Virus record (IMG/VR): IMGVR_UViG_3300008117_000373
Coordinates: 1-27,638 of that record
DNA: 27,638 bases
Source: a virus
Taxonomy: Duplodnaviria; Caudoviricetes
Strand: one strand, 5' to 3'
Below are positions 1-8,289 of this stretch, in pieces. The notes under the pieces were generated by a model. It was given only the letters and a program-made list of their open reading frames with translations, was not told the DNA's origin and ran no database searches. The position numbers and the translations under genes are program-made. How positions within the stretch are numbered: the stretch's first letter is position 1; each line of letters opens with the position of its first letter.

Positions 1-149
1 CTGAAATAACTGGTTATTCTGAGTCTCACATTTCCAATGTTAAAGCTGGTCGCCGTCGGATCAATTCTGATATTGCTAACGCAATGTATTCAATTTCTCG
101 TCGTCGTCAGCGCCAGGAAGAGAGAGCCACTTGGTATCCTTATGCTTAA
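1..149 (+). CDS. 3' end of HTH (XRE/Cro-like) DNA-binding protein, partial
   Basis: Frame 3 reads EITGYSESHISNVKAGRRRINSDIANAMYSISRRR...YA* (TAA 147-149); pattern of an HTH recognition helix. Not in ORF track. Confidence 0.55.
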   Translation, partial: EITGYSESHISNVKAGRRRINSDIANAMYSISRRRQRQEERATWYPYA

Positions 150-166
150 TTTAGTATAGATTTTTC

Positions 167-204
167 TAATGGTTAGATAGGGCTAAAAAGCCCTATCACC
201 ATTA
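167..204 (+). other. Stable hairpin without U-tract upstream of spanin-like genes
   Basis: TAATGGT-ta-GATAGGGCT-aaaa-AGCCCTATC-ACCATTA; followed by A-run, not T-run. Confidence 0.7.
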
Positions 205-219
205 AAAATAGAAAACAAC

Positions 220-600
220 ATGAATAAAGAAGATATTTTAAATAAAACTAACCTAGCTTGGGTAGTCATTGTTTTAGTAGGTGTAATTATACTCTGGAAT
301 ATGGGTATATTAAGTTTTCCTAACAACAGAGAAATAAGTGAGCAAGATGCTATTATAGATCAAAACACTACTAGAATAGATAGTTTAAGAGGAGTAATAA
401 CTGGTTTAGAAGTAAATCAATTAAAATATGATGCCACAATATCTAGTCTAAAAGACTCATTGGTAGTGTTAAACACTCAAATAGATAATAATGAAACAAA
501 AATAAAAGATTTAAAGAAAAAATATAATGAAAAAGTTAATAGTATTTCTAGTTATTCTTCTAATCAGCTCGAAGACTTTCTCACAGACCGATACAAGTAA
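220..600 (+). CDS. Membrane-anchored coiled-coil protein (i-spanin-like)
   Basis: N-terminal TM helix (LAWVVIVLVGVIILW) plus long heptad coiled coil; overlaps next gene by 74 nt. Confidence 0.5.
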   Translation: MNKEDILNKTNLAWVVIVLVGVIILWNMGILSFPNNREISEQDAIIDQNTTRIDSLRGVITGLEVNQLKYDATISSLKDSLVVLNTQIDNNETKIKDLKKKYNEKVNSISSYSSNQLEDFLTDRYK

Positions 601-928
601 GGATAGTTTAATTTGCTTACCTAAATCATTAGTAACTAAAACTGTTCAAGACCTAACTAAATGTGATGGTGAAAGGCAGGAAATGATTATTTTAAAGGAA
701 AACATCCAATTAAAAGATAGTTACATCCAGAAACAAGACAGCATCAGTAAAGAACAAGATAAGAAAATAGCTGATTATAAAACAGCTATGTTGGCTTACT
801 CTCAAATAGATACTGCTCATGTTAATATAGTTAATGCTACAAATGAAAAAGCCAACGTTTACAGAAAAGAACGTAACTGGTATAGAATAGCAGCAGTAAT
901 TTTACTTGTAGTAACTTTAGTAAAATAA
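527..928 (+). CDS. Secreted coiled-coil protein with C-terminal TM (spanin-partner-like)
   Basis: Signal peptide MKKLIVFLVILLISSKTFSQ, two Cys, coiled coil, C-terminal hydrophobic segment; overlapping arrangement like Rz/Rz1 but no lipobox. Confidence 0.4.
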   Translation: MKKLIVFLVILLISSKTFSQTDTSKDSLICLPKSLVTKTVQDLTKCDGERQEMIILKENIQLKDSYIQKQDSISKEQDKKIADYKTAMLAYSQIDTAHVNIVNATNEKANVYRKERNWYRIAAVILLVVTLVK

Positions 929-930
929 AT

Positions 931-960
931 TTGGCTTTCAGGATTTTTTAACTTATATTT
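931..960 (+). promoter_or_regulatory. Phage promoter motif TTGG-N19-TATATTT
   Basis: Copy of recurrent motif, upstream of ORF 982. Confidence 0.75.
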
Positions 961-981
961 AAGTATAAAGAAAATAAGGTT

Positions 982-1176
982 ATGACAGTATTTATCATTG
1001 TGTTATTAGTGGCTATGATGCCTCTATTATTTTTGCTTGGAATATTAGTTGATAAGCATAATAGATTAAAATCAAAATACTCAGCTCTTAAAGCTAGATA
1101 TAAAGATTTAGAAACGTTATATAAAGATGGTTTAACCCAAAATGAAATATTAAAATCAATAGTTAATAAAAAATGA
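982..1176 (+). CDS. Small membrane protein with coiled coil
   Basis: N-terminal TM, AAGGTT-ATG leader, promoter upstream. Confidence 0.7.
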   Translation: MTVFIIVLLVAMMPLLFLLGILVDKHNRLKSKYSALKARYKDLETLYKDGLTQNEILKSIVNKK

Positions 1177-1181
1177 CTCCT

Positions 1182-1255
1182 GGACCCTTAGCTCAGTTGG
1201 ATAGAGCAACAGCCTTCTAAGCTGTGGGTCATTGGTTCGAATCCAATAGGGTCTA
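1182..1255 (+). tRNA. tRNA-Arg(TCT)
   Basis: Acceptor GGACCCT/AGGGTCT, D-arm GCTC-AGTTGGATA-GAGC, anticodon arm ACAGC-CT TCT AA-GCTGT, T-arm ATTGG-TTCGAAT-CCAAT. Confidence 0.95.
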
Positions 1256-1295
1256 CTAACAAATAAATATTTATATAAAACTAATCACTAAACTA

Positions 1296-1475
1296 ATGAA
1301 TCAGAAAATCAAAGACTTTATCGAAATGGCAGGTGTTGTGAGAGACATTATCGCTCCTTATTTTGTTGGATTTATTGTTGGCTACATCTACTGCTCTATT
1401 CAAGAGATTGACCGAGACCTAGATAAAATTAATGGTACTCTAACTAAAACAATTGAAGTACATGAAACTAAGTAA
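1296..1475 (+). CDS. Small membrane protein (59 aa)
   Basis: Translated by hand: MNQKIKDFIEMAGVVRDIIAPYFVGFIVGYIYCSIQEIDRDL...; fills the gap, below the ORF track cut-off. Confidence 0.65.
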   Translation: MNQKIKDFIEMAGVVRDIIAPYFVGFIVGYIYCSIQEIDRDLDKINGTLTKTIEVHETK

Positions 1476-1740
1476 GTATCTCATACCAGTAATAGTTGCT
1501 TTATTCTTATTATCAAGCTGTGCAACATATAATGCTCCTACTAAATATCAAGGTAGGAACTTATATAAATTTACTTCTAAAAAAAGAACAAATAAAGTAG
1601 GGAAAGCAAGAACAGTTAAATATATTGCTTTAAAAAAACGTGGGTCATATAGACACAGAGCAGTTCCTTTTATGGTTAGAAGAGAAATAAGACAAAGATC
1701 ATGGTCCGATAATTCAGGTGGAGGAACATTATATAAATAA
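1462..1740 (+). CDS. Basic putative lipoprotein
   Basis: Lipobox-like FLLSSC after hydrophobic stretch; ATG 1462 preferred to TTG 1453. Confidence 0.6.
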   Translation: MKLSKYLIPVIVALFLLSSCATYNAPTKYQGRNLYKFTSKKRTNKVGKARTVKYIALKKRGSYRHRAVPFMVRREIRQRSWSDNSGGGTLYK

Positions 1741-1742
1741 TC

Positions 1743-2006
1743 ATGAAAAAAGTATCATATAATAATCGTTATGGAGATAATATTATCTTTGAACAAATAG
1801 ATAATGAAATCCATATGTCAGGATTTAACATGGAATGGATAAGAGTAGGATATGATGATGAAAAGAATATTACTATGGTTGATCCTTCTGGTGGTCCTTA
1901 TTTAGCTATAAGTATGAACTTAGGTTTATACTTCAATGATAAACAGAATCGCATTATAGAAAGCATTGAAATAAAAGAAAATAAAATAATCTTTAAAATT
2001 AAATAA
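1743..2006 (+). CDS. Hypothetical phage protein
   Basis: NRYGD...MVDPSGGPY motifs; contiguous with neighbours. Confidence 0.75.
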   Translation: MKKVSYNNRYGDNIIFEQIDNEIHMSGFNMEWIRVGYDDEKNITMVDPSGGPYLAISMNLGLYFNDKQNRIIESIEIKENKIIFKIK

Positions 2007-2007
2007 A

Positions 2008-2169
2008 ATGAGCAACGACTTAAAATTTAAATTATTCGCCGGTGCAAGTGTGGTTTCACTTGTTGTAGGTGGTGTATGGATGAATGATCAAGCAACTTGG
2101 TTAGGTGGTGGACTATTAGTATTTGGATTCATTGGATCAATTCTTTCATTTGTATCATTTAGAAATAAA
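2008..2169 (+). CDS. Small two-TM membrane protein (53 aa)
   Basis: MSNDLKFKLFAGASVVSLVVGGVWMNDQATWLGGGLLVFGFIGSILSFVSFRK; fills the gap exactly. Confidence 0.7.
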
Positions 2170-2174
2170 TCAAA

Positions 2175-2585
2175 ATGAAAAAGCTATTACTCCTACTACT
2201 TTTAATCCCTACCCTTACATTTAGTCAGGGTATAGGTGACAGTTATTATGACACAATGAAGTCGCTTTCTAATGATAAGACTTACTACAACATTAAGTTT
2301 AATAACGATGGTGAAACATATAATACCATAACTGCTGAGAATGACCTTGGTAGTTATATTTATTACTTTCCTAAACAGGGTGATTGGCAGCGTAGGTGCG
2401 CTCTTATTATAATCATCCCTGAAACTCAAGTAAAGGTATTTGGATTCATTGAATATTTAAATAAGACTTATGTCATTATAAATGATAAAGCTTGGGACTT
2501 TTATCGAAAAGATGGAATGGTTATTCGAGTTGAACTAAAAGTAGTTGATGAAGCATTAGTATTCTATTATTATCCAAAACAATAA
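2175..2585 (+). CDS. Secreted hypothetical protein
   Basis: Bacteroidota-type signal peptide MKKLLLLLLLIPTLTFSQ. Confidence 0.75.
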   Translation: MKKLLLLLLLIPTLTFSQGIGDSYYDTMKSLSNDKTYYNIKFNNDGETYNTITAENDLGSYIYYFPKQGDWQRRCALIIIIPETQVKVFGFIEYLNKTYVIINDKAWDFYRKDGMVIRVELKVVDEALVFYYYPKQ

Positions 2586-2605
2586 ACAATTAAAAAATAA
2601 AAACA

Positions 2606-3673
2606 ATGAAAAAACTAATTTTATTTCTTACATTAATTCCTTTCCTATCATTTGCTCAATCTAATAATGTTAGGTTAGTTCCAGATGCTGATACGGTTTG
2701 TTATGGAACAAATTTGTCTATTTGGATTGCAGGGAATAGTTTCCAGCCAATGTATTATTATTGGACATCACAAAGTCAAAATAATATACCTTTAAGTGAC
2801 ACATCAATAACAATGACACAGTCAGGTTATCATGCGTTGACGGTTGTTGGATTCATAGGAAATAGTTCTAAAATGACTAGTTATACTTTTCAAAGGTATT
2901 ATCATGTTCTAGATAAACCTAAACTTAACTTTACTAATGGACCTTGGGTTTGCAGGTTTGATACTGTTAGAGTAAATGCTGATCCTGGTTATAGTTCTTA
3001 TACTTGGTATAATGGAACTACAGGAGCATCATTTTCTAAAGTAATGGATTCAACTTATAGTACGCCTGTTTTAGATACAGCTACAATCTATTATACAGCT
3101 AAAATTAATAACGTTTGTGAAGTAACATCTGTTGATACAGTTATTCGTGGTGTTAGAGCTCCTAATGGTGTAGGTTCGTTTTACTGTGGTAAACTAAATA
3201 TACGCTCTACAGACTCAATTCCAGCTGGGTTAGTACTTGATTATTTGTTCCCAAGTCAATATGAAATGGAATTTACTCAAGTATCAGATCCATCAGTTGT
3301 AATCACTTACCTACCACCTCTTGGCTCAAGAAAAACACCTGCTAACATATTAACACCTGGTGAACAATATTATGTTCGTTCTAGAGTTATTATTAATGGA
3401 CAAACATATTGTTGGGGTGAAGTATGTTTGATTGGTCTTAGACCTCCGGTTAGAGCACAAGCCACAATTGGATATGATCCAAAACCTGATGATGTTAAAT
3501 TTCCTACAGTTGCAATTAAGGAGTATAGAATCTTCACAATGGAAGGAAAATTAGTTAACACTTATAAATCAGAGACTTTTAAAGAAGAATGGTTTGGCCT
3601 TCAAATCCCTGGAATGTATATTGTGCATGTAATTTATCAAAATAATATAATTTCATTTAAATATAAAAAGTAA
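2606..3673 (+). CDS. Secreted beta-rich protein with T9SS C-terminal sorting-domain-like tail
   Basis: Signal peptide ending FAQ; Ig-like segments (ADPGYSSYTWYNG); C-terminus YRIFTMEGKLV...PGMYIVHV...FKYKK resembles type A T9SS CTD. Confidence 0.65.
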   Translation: MKKLILFLTLIPFLSFAQSNNVRLVPDADTVCYGTNLSIWIAGNSFQPMYYYWTSQSQNNIPLSDTSITMTQSGYHALTVVGFIGNSSKMTSYTFQRYYHVLDKPKLNFTNGPWVCRFDTVRVNADPGYSSYTWYNGTTGASFSKVMDSTYSTPVLDTATIYYTAKINNVCEVTSVDTVIRGVRAPNGVGSFYCGKLNIRSTDSIPAGLVLDYLFPSQYEMEFTQVSDPSVVITYLPPLGSRKTPANILTPGEQYYVRSRVIINGQTYCWGEVCLIGLRPPVRAQATIGYDPKPDDVKFPTVAIKEYRIFTMEGKLVNTYKSETFKEEWFGLQIPGMYIVHVIYQNNIISFKYKK

Positions 3674-3828
3674 TGAATCATCCAGATCCAAAGAAACACT
3701 TACAAATTAGTTTAGTTAAATCTTGTTTTAGAATAGCTGGTTGTATAGTGTTACCGTTTAGTATAGCATCCGGAGCTGTTTTAATTGGTTTAGCTGAAGT
3801 ATTAGGTATAGTTGAAGAACTAGTGTAA
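3673..3828 (+). CDS. Small membrane protein (51 aa)
   Basis: MNHPDPKKHLQISLVKSCFRIAGCIVLPF...AEVLGIVEELV; TAATG overlap with upstream stop. Confidence 0.7.
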   Translation: MNHPDPKKHLQISLVKSCFRIAGCIVLPFSIASGAVLIGLAEVLGIVEELV

Positions 3829-3842
3829 ACAAAATAAAGGTT

Positions 3843-4154
3843 ATGAAGATAAATAAAGCAGAAGCAATAAACGAGATTGTTGAGAATTTTAAGTGGGAAA
3901 AAGTTCATAAAGCAATGGAAGCACTAGAATGGACTTGGATGGATAGTGAAGGGAAAACTCCAAGTTTAGGATCTTTATTTAAATGTGCTATAGATTTACT
4001 TCATAGAGCATATGATGGAGCAGAAGAAAATCAATCTGATTGGATGATAGCAACAGGAGGATTCCATGCTCGAGCATTTGTAGATGAAGAAACAAAAGAA
4101 GTTATTGAGCTAAGGTTAGCATTTGAAGTTTGTAGTTGGGAACATTATAAATAA
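3843..4154 (+). CDS. Hypothetical phage protein
   Basis: AAAGGTT-ATG leader; 103 aa. Confidence 0.75.
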   Translation: MKINKAEAINEIVENFKWEKVHKAMEALEWTWMDSEGKTPSLGSLFKCAIDLLHRAYDGAEENQSDWMIATGGFHARAFVDEETKEVIELRLAFEVCSWEHYK

Positions 4155-4158
4155 TACT

Positions 4159-4452
4159 ATGAAAGAGAAAATCAATTCTAAGTTATTAAGAACTTTAGGT
4201 TTTAAAAAAAATCATGTCCCACCAGAAGTATCAGGTAGTGAGAATCCATTTCATTATTGGACACTTGATTTATCTGATGTTAATAAAAACTTCTGCTTGA
4301 TAACAAATGCTTCTGATGAACTTGAAGAGCAAGATGTTTGGTCTGTTTTTCTATTTGAAACAGATGAATTTAAAATTACTGATAGTAATTTGTTAAGAAT
4401 GTTTATTTGTACTCTTAATGTTATTAAAAATGAAAATAGTCAATTGGTTTAA
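4159..4452 (+). CDS. Hypothetical protein
   Basis: ATG 4159 just after upstream stop preferred to TTG 4123. Confidence 0.7.
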   Translation: MKEKINSKLLRTLGFKKNHVPPEVSGSENPFHYWTLDLSDVNKNFCLITNASDELEEQDVWSVFLFETDEFKITDSNLLRMFICTLNVIKNENSQLV

Positions 4453-4630
4453 AAACATATTTAAAAAGAAACCTATTATTATTCCTCTTGTTCGTAATGG
4501 AATAAAAACAGGACAATGGATTGAGTGTTATAAGGGAGATGAAACGTTTAAAAAACTGGTTCAAGTATATGGCGAACCACTCCCAACTCAAATTGAAGTA
4601 GTACCTTATAACGAGGATAAAAATGTTTAA
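4430..4630 (+). CDS. Hypothetical protein
   Basis: Overlapping in-operon ORF. Confidence 0.6.
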   Translation: MKIVNWFKNIFKKKPIIIPLVRNGIKTGQWIECYKGDETFKKLVQVYGEPLPTQIEVVPYNEDKNV

Positions 4631-4934
4631 AGTAGGTCAAGAAGTAGTTTGTGTTAATAACACTCCTAAAGATAACAGACCAGAAACTATTATAGCACTT
4701 GGTCTATTAAAAGTAGGTCAAACATATACTATTAGAGAAATATCTGATGATGGTTTGGCTATAATACTTGAAGAAGTAATTTCTCCATACATAAACAGAT
4801 TAGGTCGTGAAATGGGATATAAAGCAGATCGTTTCAGACCATTAGATTGGAATAAATGGGCTGGAGAAGTTTTAGAGAAAATAGCTGAAGAAATAGAAGA
4901 AGAATTATTAGTTGAGTCTCCAAAGAAAAATTAA
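4623..4934 (+). CDS. Hypothetical phage protein (SH3-like pattern)
   Basis: MFKVGQEVVCV...LKVGQTYTIREI...DRFRPL pattern. Confidence 0.7.
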   Translation: MFKVGQEVVCVNNTPKDNRPETIIALGLLKVGQTYTIREISDDGLAIILEEVISPYINRLGREMGYKADRFRPLDWNKWAGEVLEKIAEEIEEELLVESPKKN

Positions 4935-4965
4935 ATATATTAAAAACAAATAAAAATTAAAAATT

Positions 4966-5118
4966 ATGAAAACTTACAAAGTAACATTAACTCCAAAATC
5001 AGGAGTATCAGGTCAATCAATTAGAACCTCAGTTGAAGCAGCAGGCTATACAGAGGCTAAACGTTTAGTAGAGGCACAATACGATACCTCAAAGTACACT
5101 ATCCAAATTCAAGGGTAA
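4966..5118 (+). CDS. Hypothetical protein (50 aa)
   Basis: MKTYKVTLTPKSGVSGQSIRTSVEAAGYTEAKRLVEAQYDTSKYTIQIQG; A-rich leader. Confidence 0.65.
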   Translation: MKTYKVTLTPKSGVSGQSIRTSVEAAGYTEAKRLVEAQYDTSKYTIQIQG

Positions 5119-5264
5119 TGGAAATGCTAATCTTAATAGCAGCAATTAATATTGGTGTTATGTTATTCCTAACCATGACTGGTTCAAAACAAAACATTGA
5201 AAGCAGGACTGAACGGGAAGAAATAATGTTAAGAGAAGCAAATTCTAAAAAGGGGAAGTTGTGA
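5118..5264 (+). CDS. Small membrane protein (48 aa)
   Basis: TAATG coupling; MEMLILIAAINIGVMLFLTMTG... Confidence 0.55.
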   Translation: MEMLILIAAINIGVMLFLTMTGSKQNIESRTEREEIMLREANSKKGKL

Positions 5265-5266
5265 GT

Positions 5267-5296
5267 TTGGCTTCCTGGAGAGTGTATCTTATATTT
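5267..5296 (+). promoter_or_regulatory. Promoter motif TTGG-N19-TATATTT
   Basis: Recurrent motif. Confidence 0.75.
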
Positions 5297-5338
5297 AAGA
5301 TGTTAAATAAGTAATTCAAACTAAAAAAATAAAAAGTT

Positions 5339-6142
5339 ATGTTAAATCTTCAAACAAATGAGTTCCTGACAATGGAACAAGTAAAAGAAAAAGCAAAATC
5401 AGTTTTTGCTGAAAAAGGATCAAGTGATACTAGTGCTAAGTATTCACACATTCCAACCCACAAAATTATAGAGGATATGTCTAAATTAGGTTGGGGTGTT
5501 GTTGATGCTAAAGAGGTTCGCGCCCGTAAAAATGCTGGTTATCAAAAACATCTAGTTGTATTCCGTAACAATGATATTGTTATTGATGGATCAGATGGTG
5601 ACACAGTGTTTCCTCAAATTCTATTAACTAATAGTTCAGATGGTAAGAATGCGTTTACATTCCGAGCTGGTTTGTTTAGGTTGGTTTGTGAGAATGGATT
5701 AGTGATCTCAACTCAGGATTTTGCTGATTTGAAGATTAGGCATTTTGGATATGATTTTGAAGAACTACAAAAGACAATTACATCGATGGTAGAGAAACTC
5801 CCACTCACAGTTGAGTCAATGAATAAGTTTAAACAAACTCAACTCACAGAGAAACAAATTGAGGAGTTTGCTAAACGAGCCCTCGAAGCTAGGTTTAGTG
5901 AGGATGAAGTTAAACGTATTACAATTGACTATAATGACTTCACTAAAGCAACTCGTGATGAGGATGCTGGAAGTGACTTGTGGAGTGTGTTTAATCGAAT
6001 TCAGGAAAAAGTAATTAATGGTGATTTCAACTATGGTTACTCAACCAAGACTCGTAAAGCACGTAAGATTAAGAATTTCAATCAGGACATCGTCTTGAAT
6101 AGCAAGTTGTATGAACTTGCAACAGAATATTGTTTGAGTTAA
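5339..6142 (+). CDS. DUF932-family protein
   Basis: SAKYSHIPT...KHLVVFR...PQILLTNSSDG...GLFRLVCENGLV...DLWSVFNRIQE, matches DUF932 (YubP-like) motifs. Confidence 0.85.
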   Translation: MLNLQTNEFLTMEQVKEKAKSVFAEKGSSDTSAKYSHIPTHKIIEDMSKLGWGVVDAKEVRARKNAGYQKHLVVFRNNDIVIDGSDGDTVFPQILLTNSSDGKNAFTFRAGLFRLVCENGLVISTQDFADLKIRHFGYDFEELQKTITSMVEKLPLTVESMNKFKQTQLTEKQIEEFAKRALEARFSEDEVKRITIDYNDFTKATRDEDAGSDLWSVFNRIQEKVINGDFNYGYSTKTRKARKIKNFNQDIVLNSKLYELATEYCLS

Positions 6143-6159
6143 TTAGTTGGTTTGGTGAT

Positions 6160-6193
6160 TAGGCCGGTGATGTGTGACACCGGCCTATTTTTT
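6160..6193 (+). terminator. Intrinsic terminator
   Basis: TAGGCCGGTG-atgtgtga-CACCGGCCTA followed by TTTTTT. Confidence 0.9.
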
Positions 6194-6213
6194 AAAATTT
6201 AAAAATAAAACCT

Positions 6214-6471
6214 ATGGAAAAGAAACAAACAGCAGTAGAATGGTTGATAGAAGAAATTCATAAGAATATGGAATTTATTCCTGTTCACATTCAAGAACAA
6301 GCTATAGAAAGGGAGAAGCAACAGATAATAGATATAGTTGAGAAAAGTAGAGCAACAGGATTAACTGCTGAATATCTATTATTAACTTATGGAAGTAAGG
6401 TAAGTGATAACAATATTATTAACACTAACGAAATGGTACAAATAGATGGAAAAGAAACAAACAGCAACTGA
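6214..6471 (+). CDS. KQTAVEWL-family phage protein, paralog 1
   Basis: MEKKQTAVEWL...EQAIEREKQQI. Confidence 0.75.
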   Translation: MEKKQTAVEWLIEEIHKNMEFIPVHIQEQAIEREKQQIIDIVEKSRATGLTAEYLLLTYGSKVSDNNIINTNEMVQIDGKETNSN

Positions 6472-6649
6472 ATGGTTATTTGAGCGCCTAATGGACACAC
6501 CACAAGATAAATTTGAGTGGTATGCTATATTACAACAAGCTAAGAAAATGGAAAAAGACCAAATAGCTAACTCATGGGTACATGGGGCAGTTGGTTTGCA
6601 TTATAAAACAGTAGAGGAATACTATAATAAAGTATATGGAACAAAATAA
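6446..6649 (+). CDS. KQTAVEWL-family phage protein, paralog 2
   Basis: MEKKQTATEWL...QQAKKMEKDQI...EEYYNKVY. Confidence 0.75.
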   Translation: MEKKQTATEWLFERLMDTPQDKFEWYAILQQAKKMEKDQIANSWVHGAVGLHYKTVEEYYNKVYGTK

Positions 6650-6890
6650 GACACCCGTTAAATGGTTATATGATAACCTTGACGATAAACTAATAGCATA
6701 TCTTCAACATGAAATAACCTTGAATGAAATGTCCAAGGAAATGATCAAGATAAAATACCAAGCCATTCAAATGGAACAAGAACATATGGTTAGGCTGATC
6801 CACTTCATGCGTACCCAGGACAAAATGGGTAAATCAATTGATGATTTGTTTTATCAATATTGGAATGAAAATTATGAAAATAAGTCCTAA
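6636..6890 (+). CDS. KQTAVEWL-family phage protein, divergent paralog 3
   Basis: MEQNKTPVKWL...QAIQMEQEH...QYWNENYE. Confidence 0.7.
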   Translation: MEQNKTPVKWLYDNLDDKLIAYLQHEITLNEMSKEMIKIKYQAIQMEQEHMVRLIHFMRTQDKMGKSIDDLFYQYWNENYENKS

Positions 6891-6894
6891 AATT

Positions 6895-6924
6895 TAGGCT
6901 TACAAAAGAGGATATCTTATATTA
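6895..6924 (+). promoter_or_regulatory. Promoter motif TAGG-N19-TATATTA
   Basis: Recurrent motif. Confidence 0.7.
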
Positions 6925-6944
6925 AGAAAGTTAAAATAAAAGAT

Positions 6945-7205
6945 ATGAAAGGCATATTAGAATTTGATTTAAATGATCCCGATGATAGGATGGAACATAT
7001 GGCTGCTGTTAAAGCATCTGATATGGCACAAATGCTTTGGCATATCAGATTCAATCTTCGTGGTAAAGTATATGCTGAAGCCGATAACCTTAACGATCAA
7101 GATAAGTATGATCCGGGTATTGAACTAACATTGAATCTAACATTGAATATTTTAAATGAGTTGTTTGATGAATATAATATTAATATAGAAGAATTAACAA
7201 GATAG
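6945..7205 (+). CDS. Hypothetical phage protein
   Basis: MKGILEFDLNDPDD; its TAG stop lies inside the next promoter. Confidence 0.75.
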   Translation: MKGILEFDLNDPDDRMEHMAAVKASDMAQMLWHIRFNLRGKVYAEADNLNDQDKYDPGIELTLNLTLNILNELFDEYNINIEELTR

Positions 7206-7232
7206 GCTTTCAAGACTTATAATCATATATTT
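7203..7232 (+). promoter_or_regulatory. Promoter motif TAGG-N19-TATATTT
   Basis: Recurrent motif; TAG is the upstream stop. Confidence 0.75.
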
Positions 7233-7256
7233 ATATAAACAAAAAAAATAAAGGTT

Positions 7257-8069
7257 ATGAAAAAAAGAGGTCGTCCATCAACTAAAAACAAAGAAATGGC
7301 AGAACCAAAGCACATTCAAATTGACTTTAGCCAAATCACTAAGCTGAAGAATCTAAACATTGACTCCAGGATGATGGAGCAAATGGAAAGTAGAACAATT
7401 CTAGACTTGCTTATCAGTCATGAGGGTGGAATGCCTTGCGCCTCAAACATGATGTGTGTAGGTGATCCAGGTGTAGGTAAAACAACTGTGTTGCTTGATT
7501 TTCTAGCATCAGTTCAGTTGAATAATCCTGATCGTAAGTGCTTATTCATTTCAGGTGAGATGGGTAAGAAACAAATGTTCAAGTATACTCAAAGGTATCC
7601 TCAGTTTGGTTATGTTGATACTTTGTTTGTGAGTGATTATGCTCAACATAATGCTAAAGATATGGTTGAACAAGTACTTAGTATGGGTTGGGATCTAGTT
7701 ATGGTTGATAGTATTGCTGAGATTATTGATGATGTTAGAACTGATATGGGTTGGGATAGGAAAACTGCTGAATCGTGGTTAGTAGATGTTTGTACCCAAA
7801 ACAATAAAGGCAATAACAAAACAAATAAGTATACTTCGTTTATGTTGATTCAACAAGTTACTAAAGCAGGAGTGTTTGTAGGTAGTAATAAATTGAAACA
7901 TATGACTGATGCTATGATGGAAATGAGGAGAGAATCTGAACGTGATGGAGGTGCTTCATATATGGAATTTACTAAGAATAGGAATGGTAATACTAGTGAT
8001 AAATTGTATTTCCAACTAACAGGTACTCAAATTGTTTATAGTAACTTAAAAGCAAGAGAAGCAGAATGA
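7257..8069 (+). CDS. RadA/Sms-like RecA-superfamily ATPase with N-terminal AT-hook-like motif
   Basis: Walker A GDPGVGKT, FISGE, Walker B VMVDS, TKAGVFVGSNKLKHMTD, KNRNG (cf. Sms KNRFG); KKRGRPS at N-terminus. Confidence 0.8.
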   Translation: MKKRGRPSTKNKEMAEPKHIQIDFSQITKLKNLNIDSRMMEQMESRTILDLLISHEGGMPCASNMMCVGDPGVGKTTVLLDFLASVQLNNPDRKCLFISGEMGKKQMFKYTQRYPQFGYVDTLFVSDYAQHNAKDMVEQVLSMGWDLVMVDSIAEIIDDVRTDMGWDRKTAESWLVDVCTQNNKGNNKTNKYTSFMLIQQVTKAGVFVGSNKLKHMTDAMMEMRRESERDGGASYMEFTKNRNGNTSDKLYFQLTGTQIVYSNLKAREAE

Positions 8070-8278
8070 AATCGAATCGTGAACGTGCAGTAGCGTTACT
8101 TGAAAAGCTCACTACTGAAGATGGATTGTCAAGTCAAATGTTGTTAGAATTCTTAATTAATGATTATATGGAAGGTAGTGACGCGTATGATGCACTACTA
8201 GCAGCTGAAGATGAGTTCTTTGGTGAAGAAGAATTTGAAGAGGAAGAAACAAAATATAAGTTTAAAGACGAAAACTAA
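8066..8278 (+). CDS. Small acidic protein, paralog of 8290
   Basis: ATGA overlap; acidic tail. Confidence 0.7.
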   Translation: MKSNRERAVALLEKLTTEDGLSSQMLLEFLINDYMEGSDAYDALLAAEDEFFGEEEFEEEETKYKFKDEN

Positions 8279-8289
8279 AAAAACATTAT

